Assembly (NCBI GenBank): GCA_037076615.1
Contig: AP029158.1
Span: forward strand, 69,470-133,469
Length of the DNA: 64,000 nt
Direction of reading: 5' to 3'
Source of the DNA: Candidatus Parcubacteria bacterium
GTDB taxonomy: Bacteria > Patescibacteriota > Patescibacteriia > Patescibacteriales > UBA12465
Shown: positions 7,311-15,923 of the stretch, piece after piece
Position numbering within the stretch: position 1 is the stretch's first letter
Layout: each line of letters opens with the position of its first letter
The notes under the pieces: model-generated
What the model saw: only the letters and a program-made list of their open reading frames with translations
Databases searched by the model: none
Told to the model about the DNA's origin: nothing
Translations under genes and position numbers: made by a program

Positions 7311-10088
7311 TTATTTTAAGTCGGCCCAGCTGTCACCGGTGCTGGACTCGACAACAATCGGAACACTTAAGCTTAAAGCCGACTCCATTAAATCTTTTAA
7401 TTTTGGTAACCAATAATCGACGCGGTCAGTTTTTATTTCAAAAATTAATTCATCGTGAATTTGGAGGAGTAAACGAATTTCTTCTTCTTGCCCGCTAATT
7501 TTCTGATCAATATTTATCATCGCAATCTTAATTAAGTCGGCGGCACTTCCTTGAATTGGGGTATTGGTTGCCATTCGCTCGGCCGCTCGTCGGGCGATCG
7601 GATTGGAAGAGTTTAGATCTGGTAGGTAACGTTTTCGTCCGCCTAAAGTTTCTGTGTAACCCCGGTCTTGCGCTTCAGCAATAAAACGATCCACCATTTC
7701 TTTAACTTTTGGATAAACGGCAAAATACTTGGCGATAAAATCGCGCGCCTTTTGGTAAGAGGTGTGGGCGTTTTGTGATAGCCCATGTGGCCCTTGGCCA
7801 TAGAGAATTCCAAAATTAATTGCTTTGGCCTCAAAGCGCATTTGTTTAGTCACTTCCTCTAAGGGGACTTCATTGATTTGCGCCGCCGTGGCGCGGTGGA
7901 TATCTTGATTATTTTTAAAGGCCGCCAATAATTTTTTATCGCCGGAAAAATGAGCGGCTAAGCGCAATTCAATTTGTGAATAGTCTAAGCTTAATAATTT
8001 ACAACCAGGACTGGCCACAAAAGCGCGCCGGATCTCTTGTCCAGCCTCTTTGTGAGCGGGAATGTTTTGCAGGTTAGGTTCAGAAGAAGATAAGCGTCCG
8101 GTGGCGGCGACCGCTTGTTGGTAATTAGTATGAATGCGGCCGGTTTTCGGGCTAATCATTTTTGGCAGCGCGGCGCTGTAAGTATTGAGCAATTTATTTA
8201 GCTCGCGATATTCTTGGAGGAGCGGCACAATCGGATGGGCATCAGCAATTTTTTGTAGCTCTAAGTCAGCGGTGGAATAACCGCTTTTAGTTTTTTTAAT
8301 TCCTTTAGTTTCCAGTTTTAATTTTTCAAATAAAATAGTTTGCAGTTGCTTGGGGGAATTGATATTAAAATCTTCGTCCACTAAAGCCACAGCCTCACTA
8401 CGAATTTCTTTGAGACGTTTTTCTAAAGTCGTCGTTAATTTTTCTAAGGGCTCGGTTTCCACTTTGATGCCCGCGTTTTCCATTTTTCCTAAAATTATTG
8501 CTAAAGGCAATTCAATGTTTTCTAAAACTTCAGTTAAATTTTCCGCTTTTATTTTAGGAGTTAAGCTTTTTGCCAAGCGCCAAATCAGTGCGGCTTCCTC
8601 GCCAGCGAATTCTGATTTTTTAACAGCGTCTACCTGGCCAAAGCTAATTTTATTGGTCCCTTTGCCGAGCAGCTCCGCCACCGTTTTTTTCTCCCAACCT
8701 AATTCTCGGAAGGCTAAAGTTTCTAAATCGTGGTGGCGATTATCGGGAGTTAATAAATAATCAGCGAGAAAAGTATCAAAACTAATTCCTTTTAAATTAA
8801 GGCCAGCTGCGTTTAACAGTCGCCAGCGGCGTTTACTATCGTGCGTAATTTTTTTAACAGCGGCGTTTTCTAAAAAGGGGCGCAGCTTTTCTAGATAAGC
8901 CGGCGTCGCGGTTCCATTTTTTTGATAATTAAATAAATCTAAATCTTGGGGAGCACCGGTTTCTAGATCTAAGTAATAAGCTTCGGTTTTAGACCAACAA
9001 AAAGCCAGGCCTAATAATTTATTATCTTGAGCTTCTACGTTAAAGGCAAATTCTTTTTGAGCAGCTAATTTTTTTAAGAATTTTTTAAAATCAGTTTCCG
9101 TTTTTAATAACTGATAATTTATTTTTTCTTTCGGTTGCGGTTTTAATTCTGTCGTTTCGGGAGCATCATTATTATTTTTCCCACTTACCAAGTCTTTAAG
9201 TTGTCTGAGGCGGCCAAGTAAAGAGCGAAATTCTAAAGCTGTAAACAATTCGGTGGCTTTGTTTAAATCAAATAACTCTAGTTGCCAACTTTCCCAGTCA
9301 ATTTCCAAATCAACATCACACTTAATGGTCGCGAGGCCTTGGCTCAACCAGGCTTCTTCTTGGCCACTGATTAAAAGTTCGGCCACCCGCGGTTTTAAAC
9401 GCTGGTCATTTTTTTTGACGGCCCCGTAAACGCCTTTTAAATTTCCAAAAGTTTGCAATAGTTCGGTGGCGGTTTTTTCGCCGATACCTTTAACTCCGGG
9501 AATATTATCGCTCGGGTCGCCGCGCAAAGCTTTGTAATCAACAATCTGATCGGGGCGCAAACCATAACGTGCCTCCACCGCTTCTTTATCGTAAGTAACG
9601 CTTTCGCTTAAGCCGCGGCTCATCGCATAAACAAAAGTTCTCTCGGTTACAAGTTGTAAGCTATCCATGTCGCCAGTAACAATGTAACTAATCCAATCGG
9701 TTTCTTTGGCGGCCCGACTAGCGATCGTGCCAATTAAATCATCCGCTTCGAATCCGGGCTTGATGAAAATTGGAATATCTAAAGCTTTCGCCACTTCTTC
9801 AACTAAAGGAACTTGGTGATAGAATTCGTCCGGGGCCGCGGCGCGGGTGGCTTTATAGTCAGTATATTCTTCGTGTCGAAAAGTTGGCCCGGCACTATCT
9901 AAGGTGAGGACTACATATTTTGGTTTAAATTCCAGACAGGCTTTAAGCAAAAAAGAGGTGAAACCATAAACAGCATTAACGACCGTGCCGTCTTTGGTTG
10001 CTAGGCTGGTAGGCAGGGCGTGAAAGCTTCGGTGAATTAAGGCGTGCCCATCAATAATTAGTAATTTTGGTTTTTGATTTTTACTCAT
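7311..10088 (-). CDS. polA: DNA polymerase I (5'-3' exonuclease + 3'-5' exo-like + polymerase domains)
   Basis: 925 aa. It has the N-terminal LLIIDGHALIHRSFHA, motif A LLSLDYSQIELRLAAH, motif B RFEAKAINFGILYG, and motif C LLQIHDELIFE. Confidence 0.95.
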   Translation of the reverse strand: MSKNQKPKLLIIDGHALIHRSFHALPTSLATKDGTVVNAVYGFTSFLLKACLEFKPKYVVLTLDSAGPTFRHEEYTDYKATRAAAPDEFYHQVPLVEEVAKALDIPIFIKPGFEADDLIGTIASRAAKETDWISYIVTGDMDSLQLVTERTFVYAMSRGLSESVTYDKEAVEARYGLRPDQIVDYKALRGDPSDNIPGVKGIGEKTATELLQTFGNLKGVYGAVKKNDQRLKPRVAELLISGQEEAWLSQGLATIKCDVDLEIDWESWQLELFDLNKATELFTALEFRSLLGRLRQLKDLVSGKNNNDAPETTELKPQPKEKINYQLLKTETDFKKFLKKLAAQKEFAFNVEAQDNKLLGLAFCWSKTEAYYLDLETGAPQDLDLFNYQKNGTATPAYLEKLRPFLENAAVKKITHDSKRRWRLLNAAGLNLKGISFDTFLADYLLTPDNRHHDLETLAFRELGWEKKTVAELLGKGTNKISFGQVDAVKKSEFAGEEAALIWRLAKSLTPKIKAENLTEVLENIELPLAIILGKMENAGIKVETEPLEKLTTTLEKRLKEIRSEAVALVDEDFNINSPKQLQTILFEKLKLETKGIKKTKSGYSTADLELQKIADAHPIVPLLQEYRELNKLLNTYSAALPKMISPKTGRIHTNYQQAVAATGRLSSSEPNLQNIPAHKEAGQEIRRAFVASPGCKLLSLDYSQIELRLAAHFSGDKKLLAAFKNNQDIHRATAAQINEVPLEEVTKQMRFEAKAINFGILYGQGPHGLSQNAHTSYQKARDFIAKYFAVYPKVKEMVDRFIAEAQDRGYTETLGGRKRYLPDLNSSNPIARRAAERMATNTPIQGSAADLIKIAMINIDQKISGQEEEIRLLLQIHDELIFEIKTDRVDYWLPKLKDLMESALSLSVPIVVESSTGDSWADLK

Positions 10089-10152
10089 GATAGATTTATT
10101 TTAACACAATCAAGGGGCTTCTCCCAGATTAAAGACTAATGGCCCCAAAAGC

Positions 10153-10180
10153 AAAAAAACAAGCATCGGCTTGTTTTTTT
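10153..10180 (-). terminator. hairpin terminator downstream of tRNA-Ala (A/T-flanked, could act on both strands)
   Basis: The sequence aaaaaaacaagc-atcg-gcttgttttttt forms a GC core stem (10160-10164 / 10169-10173) extended by A:T pairs. On the minus strand it is followed by a T-run and lies 7 nt after the tRNA 3' end. Confidence 0.6.
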
Positions 10181-10186
10181 AAAAGG

Positions 10187-10259
10187 TGGACCTTAAGGGA
10201 CTCGAACCCTTGACCCCCTGCTTGCAAAGCAGGTGCTCTACCAGCTGAGCTAAAGGCCC
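10187..10259 (-). tRNA. tRNA-Ala (anticodon UGC)
   Basis: Acceptor GGGCCTT/AAGGTCC with the G3:U70 alanine identity pair, anticodon arm CCTGC-TTTGCAA-GCAGG, T-arm AAGGG-TTCGAGT-CCCTT, discriminator A. Confidence 0.9.
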
Positions 10260-10278
10260 AAAAATTTAACTTGGCTTT

Positions 10279-10307
10279 ATTCTAGCGGTCTTGGACTTTG
10301 GGGTCAA
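10279..10307 (-). promoter_or_regulatory. candidate sigma70-type promoter for tRNA-Ala
   Basis: The minus strand reads TTGACC (10307-10302), a 17-nt spacer, then TAGAAT (10284-10279), 19 nt upstream of the mature tRNA 5' end. Confidence 0.5.
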
Positions 10308-10316
10308 GTATTTTTC

Positions 10317-10571
10317 TTATAAATTGGGGTTGGCGGTTTTAATTAGTGGCGATAAAATCCAGCCCCAGAACTGACCGCCACTGCCGGTCATCATTAAAAT
10401 ACCGATAAAAATAAAAATTATTCCCAAAAGTTTCCAGCCCAAGCGCGAACCGCCGGAGCTGCCTAGCTTGTTATCAAAGAATTCAATCCGTCCAAAGTTT
10501 TGTAAAAACCATTCGGTTTTAATTACAAAAAATGCCCCCGCCACCGTCAAAAGAATGCCAACAATGATCAT
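10317..10571 (-). CDS. small two-TM membrane protein (84 aa), unknown function
   Basis: Two hydrophobic helices (IIVGILLTVAGAFFVI and LLGIIFIFIGILMMT) flank a Gly/Ser loop. It lies 9 nt downstream of the M23 peptidase gene on the same strand. Confidence 0.5.
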   Translation of the reverse strand: MIIVGILLTVAGAFFVIKTEWFLQNFGRIEFFDNKLGSSGGSRLGWKLLGIIFIFIGILMMTGSGGQFWGWILSPLIKTANPNL

Positions 10572-10580
10572 ATAAATAAA

Positions 10581-11927
10581 TTAACGAATATAATTAAGGG
10601 GATTTTGGCGAACGCCATTAACGATAACCTCAAAGTGAATATGGGGGCCAGTTGACCAACCCGTTGATCCCATTGCGGCAATTTGCTCACCGCGTTCTAC
10701 TTCATCGCCAATTTTAACGTATAGTTTAGAGGCGTGCGCATAACGAGTCTTTTTGCCGCCACCATGGTTAATTAAAACATTGTAACCGTAACCATTATTC
10801 CAGCCTGAGACTTCAACCGTCCCCGCTTCGGCGGCATAGAGAGGCGTTCCTGTTTTATTGGCAATATCTAAACCGGTGTGGCGCCAAGAATAATATTGGG
10901 TAATGCGGCTGCCTTCAGTTGGCCAGGCCATAACGGTGCTCGAGTCTTCAGCTTTCGCTGGGTTAACTAATTTTTCAATTACTGAACCTACGCTGCCAGA
11001 ACTAGGTTCGGTGCTGGGGCGGGTGGCAACGGTGGTCACTATTTTTCTGCCCCCTGGAACAATCAACTCCTGTCCGGCCTTTAGACCTGACTCTAAATCA
11101 TTATATTCAAAAATTTTAGTTTCTTCAACACCATAACGGGAAGCAATTAAGCTAACCGTATCACCCTTTTTGGCGGTGTAGGTAACGCCGGTAACCGGTA
11201 AAATCGTGAGCGCATCGCCCGGGCGAATTAGGCTGTAAGCGCCTAAATTATTAGCCCAGAGCACAGTATTAACGCTTACCTGGAAGCGGTTAGCGATAGA
11301 AGAAATTGTATCGCCAGTCTGAACAGTATATTGAACAATATTTTCTCGATTTTGCGGGACATCGGCAACGCTCTCGGATCGGCCTTCGGCTTGATTTAAG
11401 GGGTTACGAATTACTAAAGCCGAGCCGTCATGATTCTCAGTCAAAAGCAAACCATCATTTTTCCCTAAAGGGGTTTGACTCACTAAAGAATCGCCAAAGG
11501 TCGAACTGATATCTCTTTGATAGGTGGCGTGTCGGTACTCTTCAATTAGAATTGTGTCCTCCGTTAGCAAACTAAATTCGGTTCGAGCCAAATGAGCAGC
11601 AATTGCTTCTTTGCCTTGGGGCAATAGATTATTATTAACTCTGTTTAAGGTGATAACATTGTTAATCACAACAATGATTGTCAGCACTAAAACAGTCAGA
11701 TGAACAGTTCTGGTTTTTAGTAGGTTTTGCCAAATACTATCTCCACCTAGATATTTTTTGAACTTAAATAACAAATGATAAAGATGAATCAAGGGCTTGG
11801 TAAAGAGGAATTTGGCTAAACTAAAAATGGGCTTGAAAACAATTAACAAGAGCCCATGAAGGATGTTTTTGATAACAATCAAGATTTTGAGAAGGAGCAT
11901 CAGGAAACCAATCCCTAAGTTCTTCAA
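10581..11927 (-). CDS. membrane-anchored LysM-domain M23 family metallopeptidase (peptidoglycan hydrolase)
   Basis: There are two LysM repeats (YTVQTGDTISSIANRFQVSVNTVLWANNL and YTAKKGDTVSLIASRYGVEETKIFEYNDL). The C-terminal M23 motifs are HTGLDIA and GSTGWSTGPHIHFEV. The N-terminus has hydrophobic segments, and the true start may be internal. Confidence 0.85.
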   Translation of the reverse strand: MKNLGIGFLMLLLKILIVIKNILHGLLLIVFKPIFSLAKFLFTKPLIHLYHLLFKFKKYLGGDSIWQNLLKTRTVHLTVLVLTIIVVINNVITLNRVNNNLLPQGKEAIAAHLARTEFSLLTEDTILIEEYRHATYQRDISSTFGDSLVSQTPLGKNDGLLLTENHDGSALVIRNPLNQAEGRSESVADVPQNRENIVQYTVQTGDTISSIANRFQVSVNTVLWANNLGAYSLIRPGDALTILPVTGVTYTAKKGDTVSLIASRYGVEETKIFEYNDLESGLKAGQELIVPGGRKIVTTVATRPSTEPSSGSVGSVIEKLVNPAKAEDSSTVMAWPTEGSRITQYYSWRHTGLDIANKTGTPLYAAEAGTVEVSGWNNGYGYNVLINHGGGKKTRYAHASKLYVKIGDEVERGEQIAAMGSTGWSTGPHIHFEVIVNGVRQNPLNYIR

Positions 11928-12028
11928 TTTTGCAGAAAAAGGTTTAATATGGTTTAATTACTATTGTTTTATACTATCATTCTTGTATTTTTATAGTCAA
12001 ATCACTTTTTTAATTTTTGAAAAATTTT

Positions 12029-13591
12029 ATGTCAGCTAAGCCAATAAATAAGCCGGTAGTGTTAGTAGTTTTAGATGGTTGGGGGAGCGCTAAGCCTTCA
12101 GCTAACAATGCGATTACTCAGGCGTCGCCACTTTTTTTTGATGAGCTCGTCGCCAATTATCCGGCGCGCCGATTAGAAGCTTCGGGCGAAGCAGTCGGTT
12201 TGCCAGCCGGCGTTTTTGGAAATAGTGAAGTTGGTCATCTCAGTTTAGGTTTGGGCCGAGCTGTTTTTCAAGATTTGCTTCGCATTAATAGGGCGATAGA
12301 CGATGGTTCCTTCTTTAAAAACTCTGAGCTTTTAGCGGCCGCCGCTAAGGTTAAAAAAAGCGGAGGGGCTTGGCATCTAATGGGCTTAGCTTCTGATGGC
12401 CGTGTCCATTCTTCACTAGACCACTTGTTCTCTTTACTTGATTTAGCGAAACGATTAAGGATTAAAGAAGTTTATCTGCATTTATTTTTAGATGGTCGCG
12501 ATACCCCTCGTAGCAGCGGACGAAAGTTCGTTGCCGCTATTGAAGATTACTGTCGTCGCCTCGGGTTAGGGAAAATTGCTACTTTATCAGGTCGTTTCTA
12601 TGCTATGGACAGAGATAATCATTGGGAGCGTTTGTCCCTAGCTTATCAAGCAATGGTTAATCGTCAAGGTCTAGAGTATGACCGAGCGGCGAGTGCCTTA
12701 GAAGCTAGTTACCGTGCTCAAATTTATGATGAAGAGTTTGTTCCAGCTTTAATTAAGGGCGGCGCCCCTATTCGTGATGGTGATGCGCTGATATTTTTTA
12801 ATTATCGGGCCGATCGGGCACGTCAGTTAAGTCGCCTTTTTGTAGATAAAAAATTTCGTGCACCAGAGCTCAGTCCTAGAAAATTTAAAGATTTAAGCTT
12901 TGTTGCTTTTACTGATTACGATTCCAGTTTGCCTCTAAAAGTTGCTTTCCCATCAGAGACGCCTCAAAAGTGTTTAGGAGAAATTTTGGCGCAAAAAAAA
13001 CAGCGCCAACTGCGCATTGCCGAAACAGAGAAATATGCTCATGTTACCTACTTTTTTAATGGTGGCCAAGAAAAACCTTTTGCTGGTGAAGATAGAATTC
13101 TGATTCCTTCGCCCCGAGTTGCTAGCTACGCGAAAAAACCGCAGATGTCCGCCGCTGCCATTACGACGGCAGCAGTAGAAGCTCTTAAGAGTAATAAGTA
13201 TTCTTTTATTTTAGTTAATTTTGCTAATCCCGATATGGTTGGGCACACCGGTGATTTAACAGCGACCATTAAAGGGGTGAGAGCGGCGGATAAGGGTTTA
13301 AAGAAAATTGTTCAAGCGGTTTTAAAAGTCCAGGGGACAATTTTAGTTACCGCTGATCATGGTAATGCCGATTCTCTCTATGATGTTAGGCGGCAGGAAA
13401 TTATTAAAGAACACACTCTTAATCCCGTCCCTTTTATTTTGGTTAGCCCGGATAATCGTTTAGCCAAAGCTCGTCGTCACCCTTTGTATCGGGAAAAGCC
13501 TAGCGGCACCTTAGCCGATGTTGCGCCGACAATTTTACAAATTAAAGGCATTTTGCCGCCATCAGAGATGACCGGCAAAAGCTTATTTTAA
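12029..13591 (+). CDS. gpmI: 2,3-bisphosphoglycerate-independent phosphoglycerate mutase
   Basis: Motifs present: VVLVVLDGWG, NSEVGHLSLG, FLDGRDTP and TADHGNAD. I prefer ATG 12029 over the TTG at 12017 used by the ORF track. Confidence 0.9.
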   Translation: MSAKPINKPVVLVVLDGWGSAKPSANNAITQASPLFFDELVANYPARRLEASGEAVGLPAGVFGNSEVGHLSLGLGRAVFQDLLRINRAIDDGSFFKNSELLAAAAKVKKSGGAWHLMGLASDGRVHSSLDHLFSLLDLAKRLRIKEVYLHLFLDGRDTPRSSGRKFVAAIEDYCRRLGLGKIATLSGRFYAMDRDNHWERLSLAYQAMVNRQGLEYDRAASALEASYRAQIYDEEFVPALIKGGAPIRDGDALIFFNYRADRARQLSRLFVDKKFRAPELSPRKFKDLSFVAFTDYDSSLPLKVAFPSETPQKCLGEILAQKKQRQLRIAETEKYAHVTYFFNGGQEKPFAGEDRILIPSPRVASYAKKPQMSAAAITTAAVEALKSNKYSFILVNFANPDMVGHTGDLTATIKGVRAADKGLKKIVQAVLKVQGTILVTADHGNADSLYDVRRQEIIKEHTLNPVPFILVSPDNRLAKARRHPLYREKPSGTLADVAPTILQIKGILPPSEMTGKSLF

Positions 13592-13593
13592 AA

Positions 13594-13617
13594 AAGGCCT
13601 CGCCGGAGCGAGGCCTT
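13594..13617. terminator. bidirectional hairpin terminator between convergent genes
   Basis: Stem aaggcctcgc, loop cgga, stem gcgaggcctt, flanked by an A-run upstream and tttggttttt downstream. It sits between the gpmI stop (13591) and the stop of the minus-strand gene (13625). Confidence 0.65.
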
Positions 13618-13624
13618 TTGGTTT

Positions 13625-14545
13625 TTAATTCCCTGGAACAATTACGGTAAAAGGTTTTTTGCTGCCATAAGCGCGCGGCCCGTCTTCTTGGCAAAAACGC
13701 TCAATGTTTTGGCGAAAATAATCAGGATGACTTTCTTGAATTTGGCCGACTAAGTAATAAGTTAAAGACATCATTAGGGCGTAACCGACAGTTTTCGGTA
13801 AATCAATTTCCCAGCGGCTACTGGGCTCTCCAAAAAATTTATTGGCGCCAAAACTGATTACTAATTCTTTCGGATCACGAATTACAAATTTAGCGTGCCG
13901 GGCTTCGCCGAAAGTAAAAGCTCGGAGTGATAATTTTGGACCAAAGAGTTCGTGCCGCTTGATATCTAACATCGGCACCAGACCGCTAAATTCATTAGGC
14001 AAGATAAAGGAATAAGCTTTGTATTTGCCGAAATTTTTAGGGATTTTTAAGTCCGCCAACCCTTTTTTAATCGCCGCCACCTTTTCGCCGCCGGCACCGA
14101 GAATCAGGCCGCAGTAGGTAGAAAAATTATAAGTATAGGGCTCGGCTATTTTGCGGTAGACTTTTACTTGATCGGCAATTTTGGCAGCACCGGATTTAGC
14201 CGAACAAGTTAAGAGTGTAGTTTTTAGGCCAGCCATTTGTGCGGCTTCAACTTGGTAAACAGAATCTTTTTCTCCGGAAGCAGAAATAACCACCGCTTCT
14301 CTTAAAGTGCCGTTTTTAATTAAAGACTCATAACGCTTTAAATTTAAATCAAAATCACTTTCGTTGGCATAGATAGCAGTTTGCTCAGTAAATAAAATTT
14401 TACCGGTGTGGTAAGCATTGCCGCTACCGACGACTAAAGGAAAGGCGAACCGGTTTGGATCAAAATAAGGAGGCGACGTCGTTTCAAAAAAATCTAGAGC
14501 TTCAGTAACGATCGCCGCTAAAGATTTTATCGTTGATTTAGACAT
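13625..14545 (-). CDS. hypothetical protein, possibly SIS (sugar isomerase)-like fold
   Basis: 306 aa. The segment AVVISASGEKDSVYQVEAAQMAGLKTTLLTC resembles the SIS-domain phosphosugar-binding motif. The rest is not recognisable by eye. Confidence 0.35.
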   Translation of the reverse strand: MSKSTIKSLAAIVTEALDFFETTSPPYFDPNRFAFPLVVGSGNAYHTGKILFTEQTAIYANESDFDLNLKRYESLIKNGTLREAVVISASGEKDSVYQVEAAQMAGLKTTLLTCSAKSGAAKIADQVKVYRKIAEPYTYNFSTYCGLILGAGGEKVAAIKKGLADLKIPKNFGKYKAYSFILPNEFSGLVPMLDIKRHELFGPKLSLRAFTFGEARHAKFVIRDPKELVISFGANKFFGEPSSRWEIDLPKTVGYALMMSLTYYLVGQIQESHPDYFRQNIERFCQEDGPRAYGSKKPFTVIVPGN

Positions 14546-14679
14546 ATAGTTATTTTAATTATTTACTTTATTTTATCGGTCTTTTTATTATAATTAATCT
14601 TGATTTTTATTTCAATTTAATCTAAGCTAAAAATACTGGAAATTCAATTTTTTTGGATTTTTTCTTAACTTTTTCCTAT

Positions 14680-15396
14680 ATGTCAGGACATTCTAAATGG
14701 GCGACAACGCATCGTCAAAAAGCCATTGTTGATTCTAAACGGGGGACCGTTTTTACTAAGTTGGCTAATAATATTACTATTGCTGCCCGAAAAGGTGGTG
14801 ACCCGGCGGCTAATAGTAGTTTACGGGCCGAGATTGACAAGGCGCGCGCCGCTAACATGCCAAAAGATAATATTGAACGCGCAATCAAAAGAGGAACCGG
14901 TGAATTAGCTGGGGCTCAGGTTGAAGAATTATATTATGAGGCCCTGGGGCCGGGCGGTCTGCAAGTGGTGGTTAAAAGTGTCACTGATAATAAAAATCGA
15001 TCAGCCTCCACTATTCGTCATGCCTTTTCTAAGGCGGGTGGCGCTTTTGGATCCGTGCTGTGGAACTTTTCTCAAAAAGGAGTTTTCTTGTTGGCCAATG
15101 ACCAGCTCGCGGCCCTTGACCGGGAAGACTTTATTTTAGAGTTAATTGATCAAGGCGCCACTGACGTCCAAAATGAAGCTGAAGGCCTAACCATTTATAC
15201 GGACTTAGTTGATTTTCAAAAGATGTCTGATTGTCTAAGCGGTCAAAATTTAAACCCGGAGTCGGCCGAGATTGCCTATGTCGCTTCTGAAAAAATAACT
15301 TTAAGTCCTGAAGATCAAGAAAAGGCTGATCGCTTACTGGCGGAGCTAGAGGATAATGAAGATGTCAGTGATTATTATTTAAATGCCGACTGGTAA
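14680..15396 (+). CDS. YebC/PmpR family DNA-binding transcriptional regulator
   Basis: It starts MSGHSKWATTHRQKAIVDSKRGTVFTKL, which is diagnostic of the family. I prefer ATG 14680 over the TTG at 14653. Confidence 0.9.
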   Translation: MSGHSKWATTHRQKAIVDSKRGTVFTKLANNITIAARKGGDPAANSSLRAEIDKARAANMPKDNIERAIKRGTGELAGAQVEELYYEALGPGGLQVVVKSVTDNKNRSASTIRHAFSKAGGAFGSVLWNFSQKGVFLLANDQLAALDREDFILELIDQGATDVQNEAEGLTIYTDLVDFQKMSDCLSGQNLNPESAEIAYVASEKITLSPEDQEKADRLLAELEDNEDVSDYYLNADW

Positions 15397-15405
15397 TTTT
15401 TGCTT

Positions 15406-15894
15406 ATGGCGCGAACGCGAATTATTTTAGGCGTTGATCCCGGCATTGCCGATACGGGCTATGGCGTGATTGCTGTGAGCGGTAGCACGGTGCGTTGTTT
15501 AGCTTATGGTTCGATAAAAACTAGCGCTAAAAGTAAGTTATCTAGCCGTTTAGAGGCGCTTCACCAGGAACTCTTACTTATTTTAGATAAATATAAACCC
15601 GATCTGGCTTCGGTTGAAGAATTATTTTTTAGTAAGAATGTAAAAACAGCGATTACGGTCGGCCAGGCGCGCGGCGTAATTTTATTGGCTTTACAGGAGC
15701 GCGGTTGTCCCTTGGTGGAATTTAAACCTAGCCAAGTAAAACAGGCCGTTGCTTGTTATGGCGCCGCCACTAAAGATCAAGTTCAGCGCATGGTTAAGGT
15801 AATTTTAGGTTTAAAAACTATTCCTAAGCCTGATGATGCGGCTGATGCTTTAGCCCTTGCCATCTGTGCCCTCAATAAGCCGCAAATTAAATAA
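15406..15894 (+). CDS. ruvC: crossover junction endodeoxyribonuclease RuvC
   Basis: Motifs present: ILGVDPGIADTGYGVI, VEELFFSKNVKTAITVGQARG and DDAADALALAIC. It immediately follows the YebC-family gene, a classic pairing. Confidence 0.9.
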   Translation: MARTRIILGVDPGIADTGYGVIAVSGSTVRCLAYGSIKTSAKSKLSSRLEALHQELLLILDKYKPDLASVEELFFSKNVKTAITVGQARGVILLALQERGCPLVEFKPSQVKQAVACYGAATKDQVQRMVKVILGLKTIPKPDDAADALALAICALNKPQIK

Positions 15895-15923
15895 TTCCTT
15901 GGGGTTTGCTATAATGGAACTAT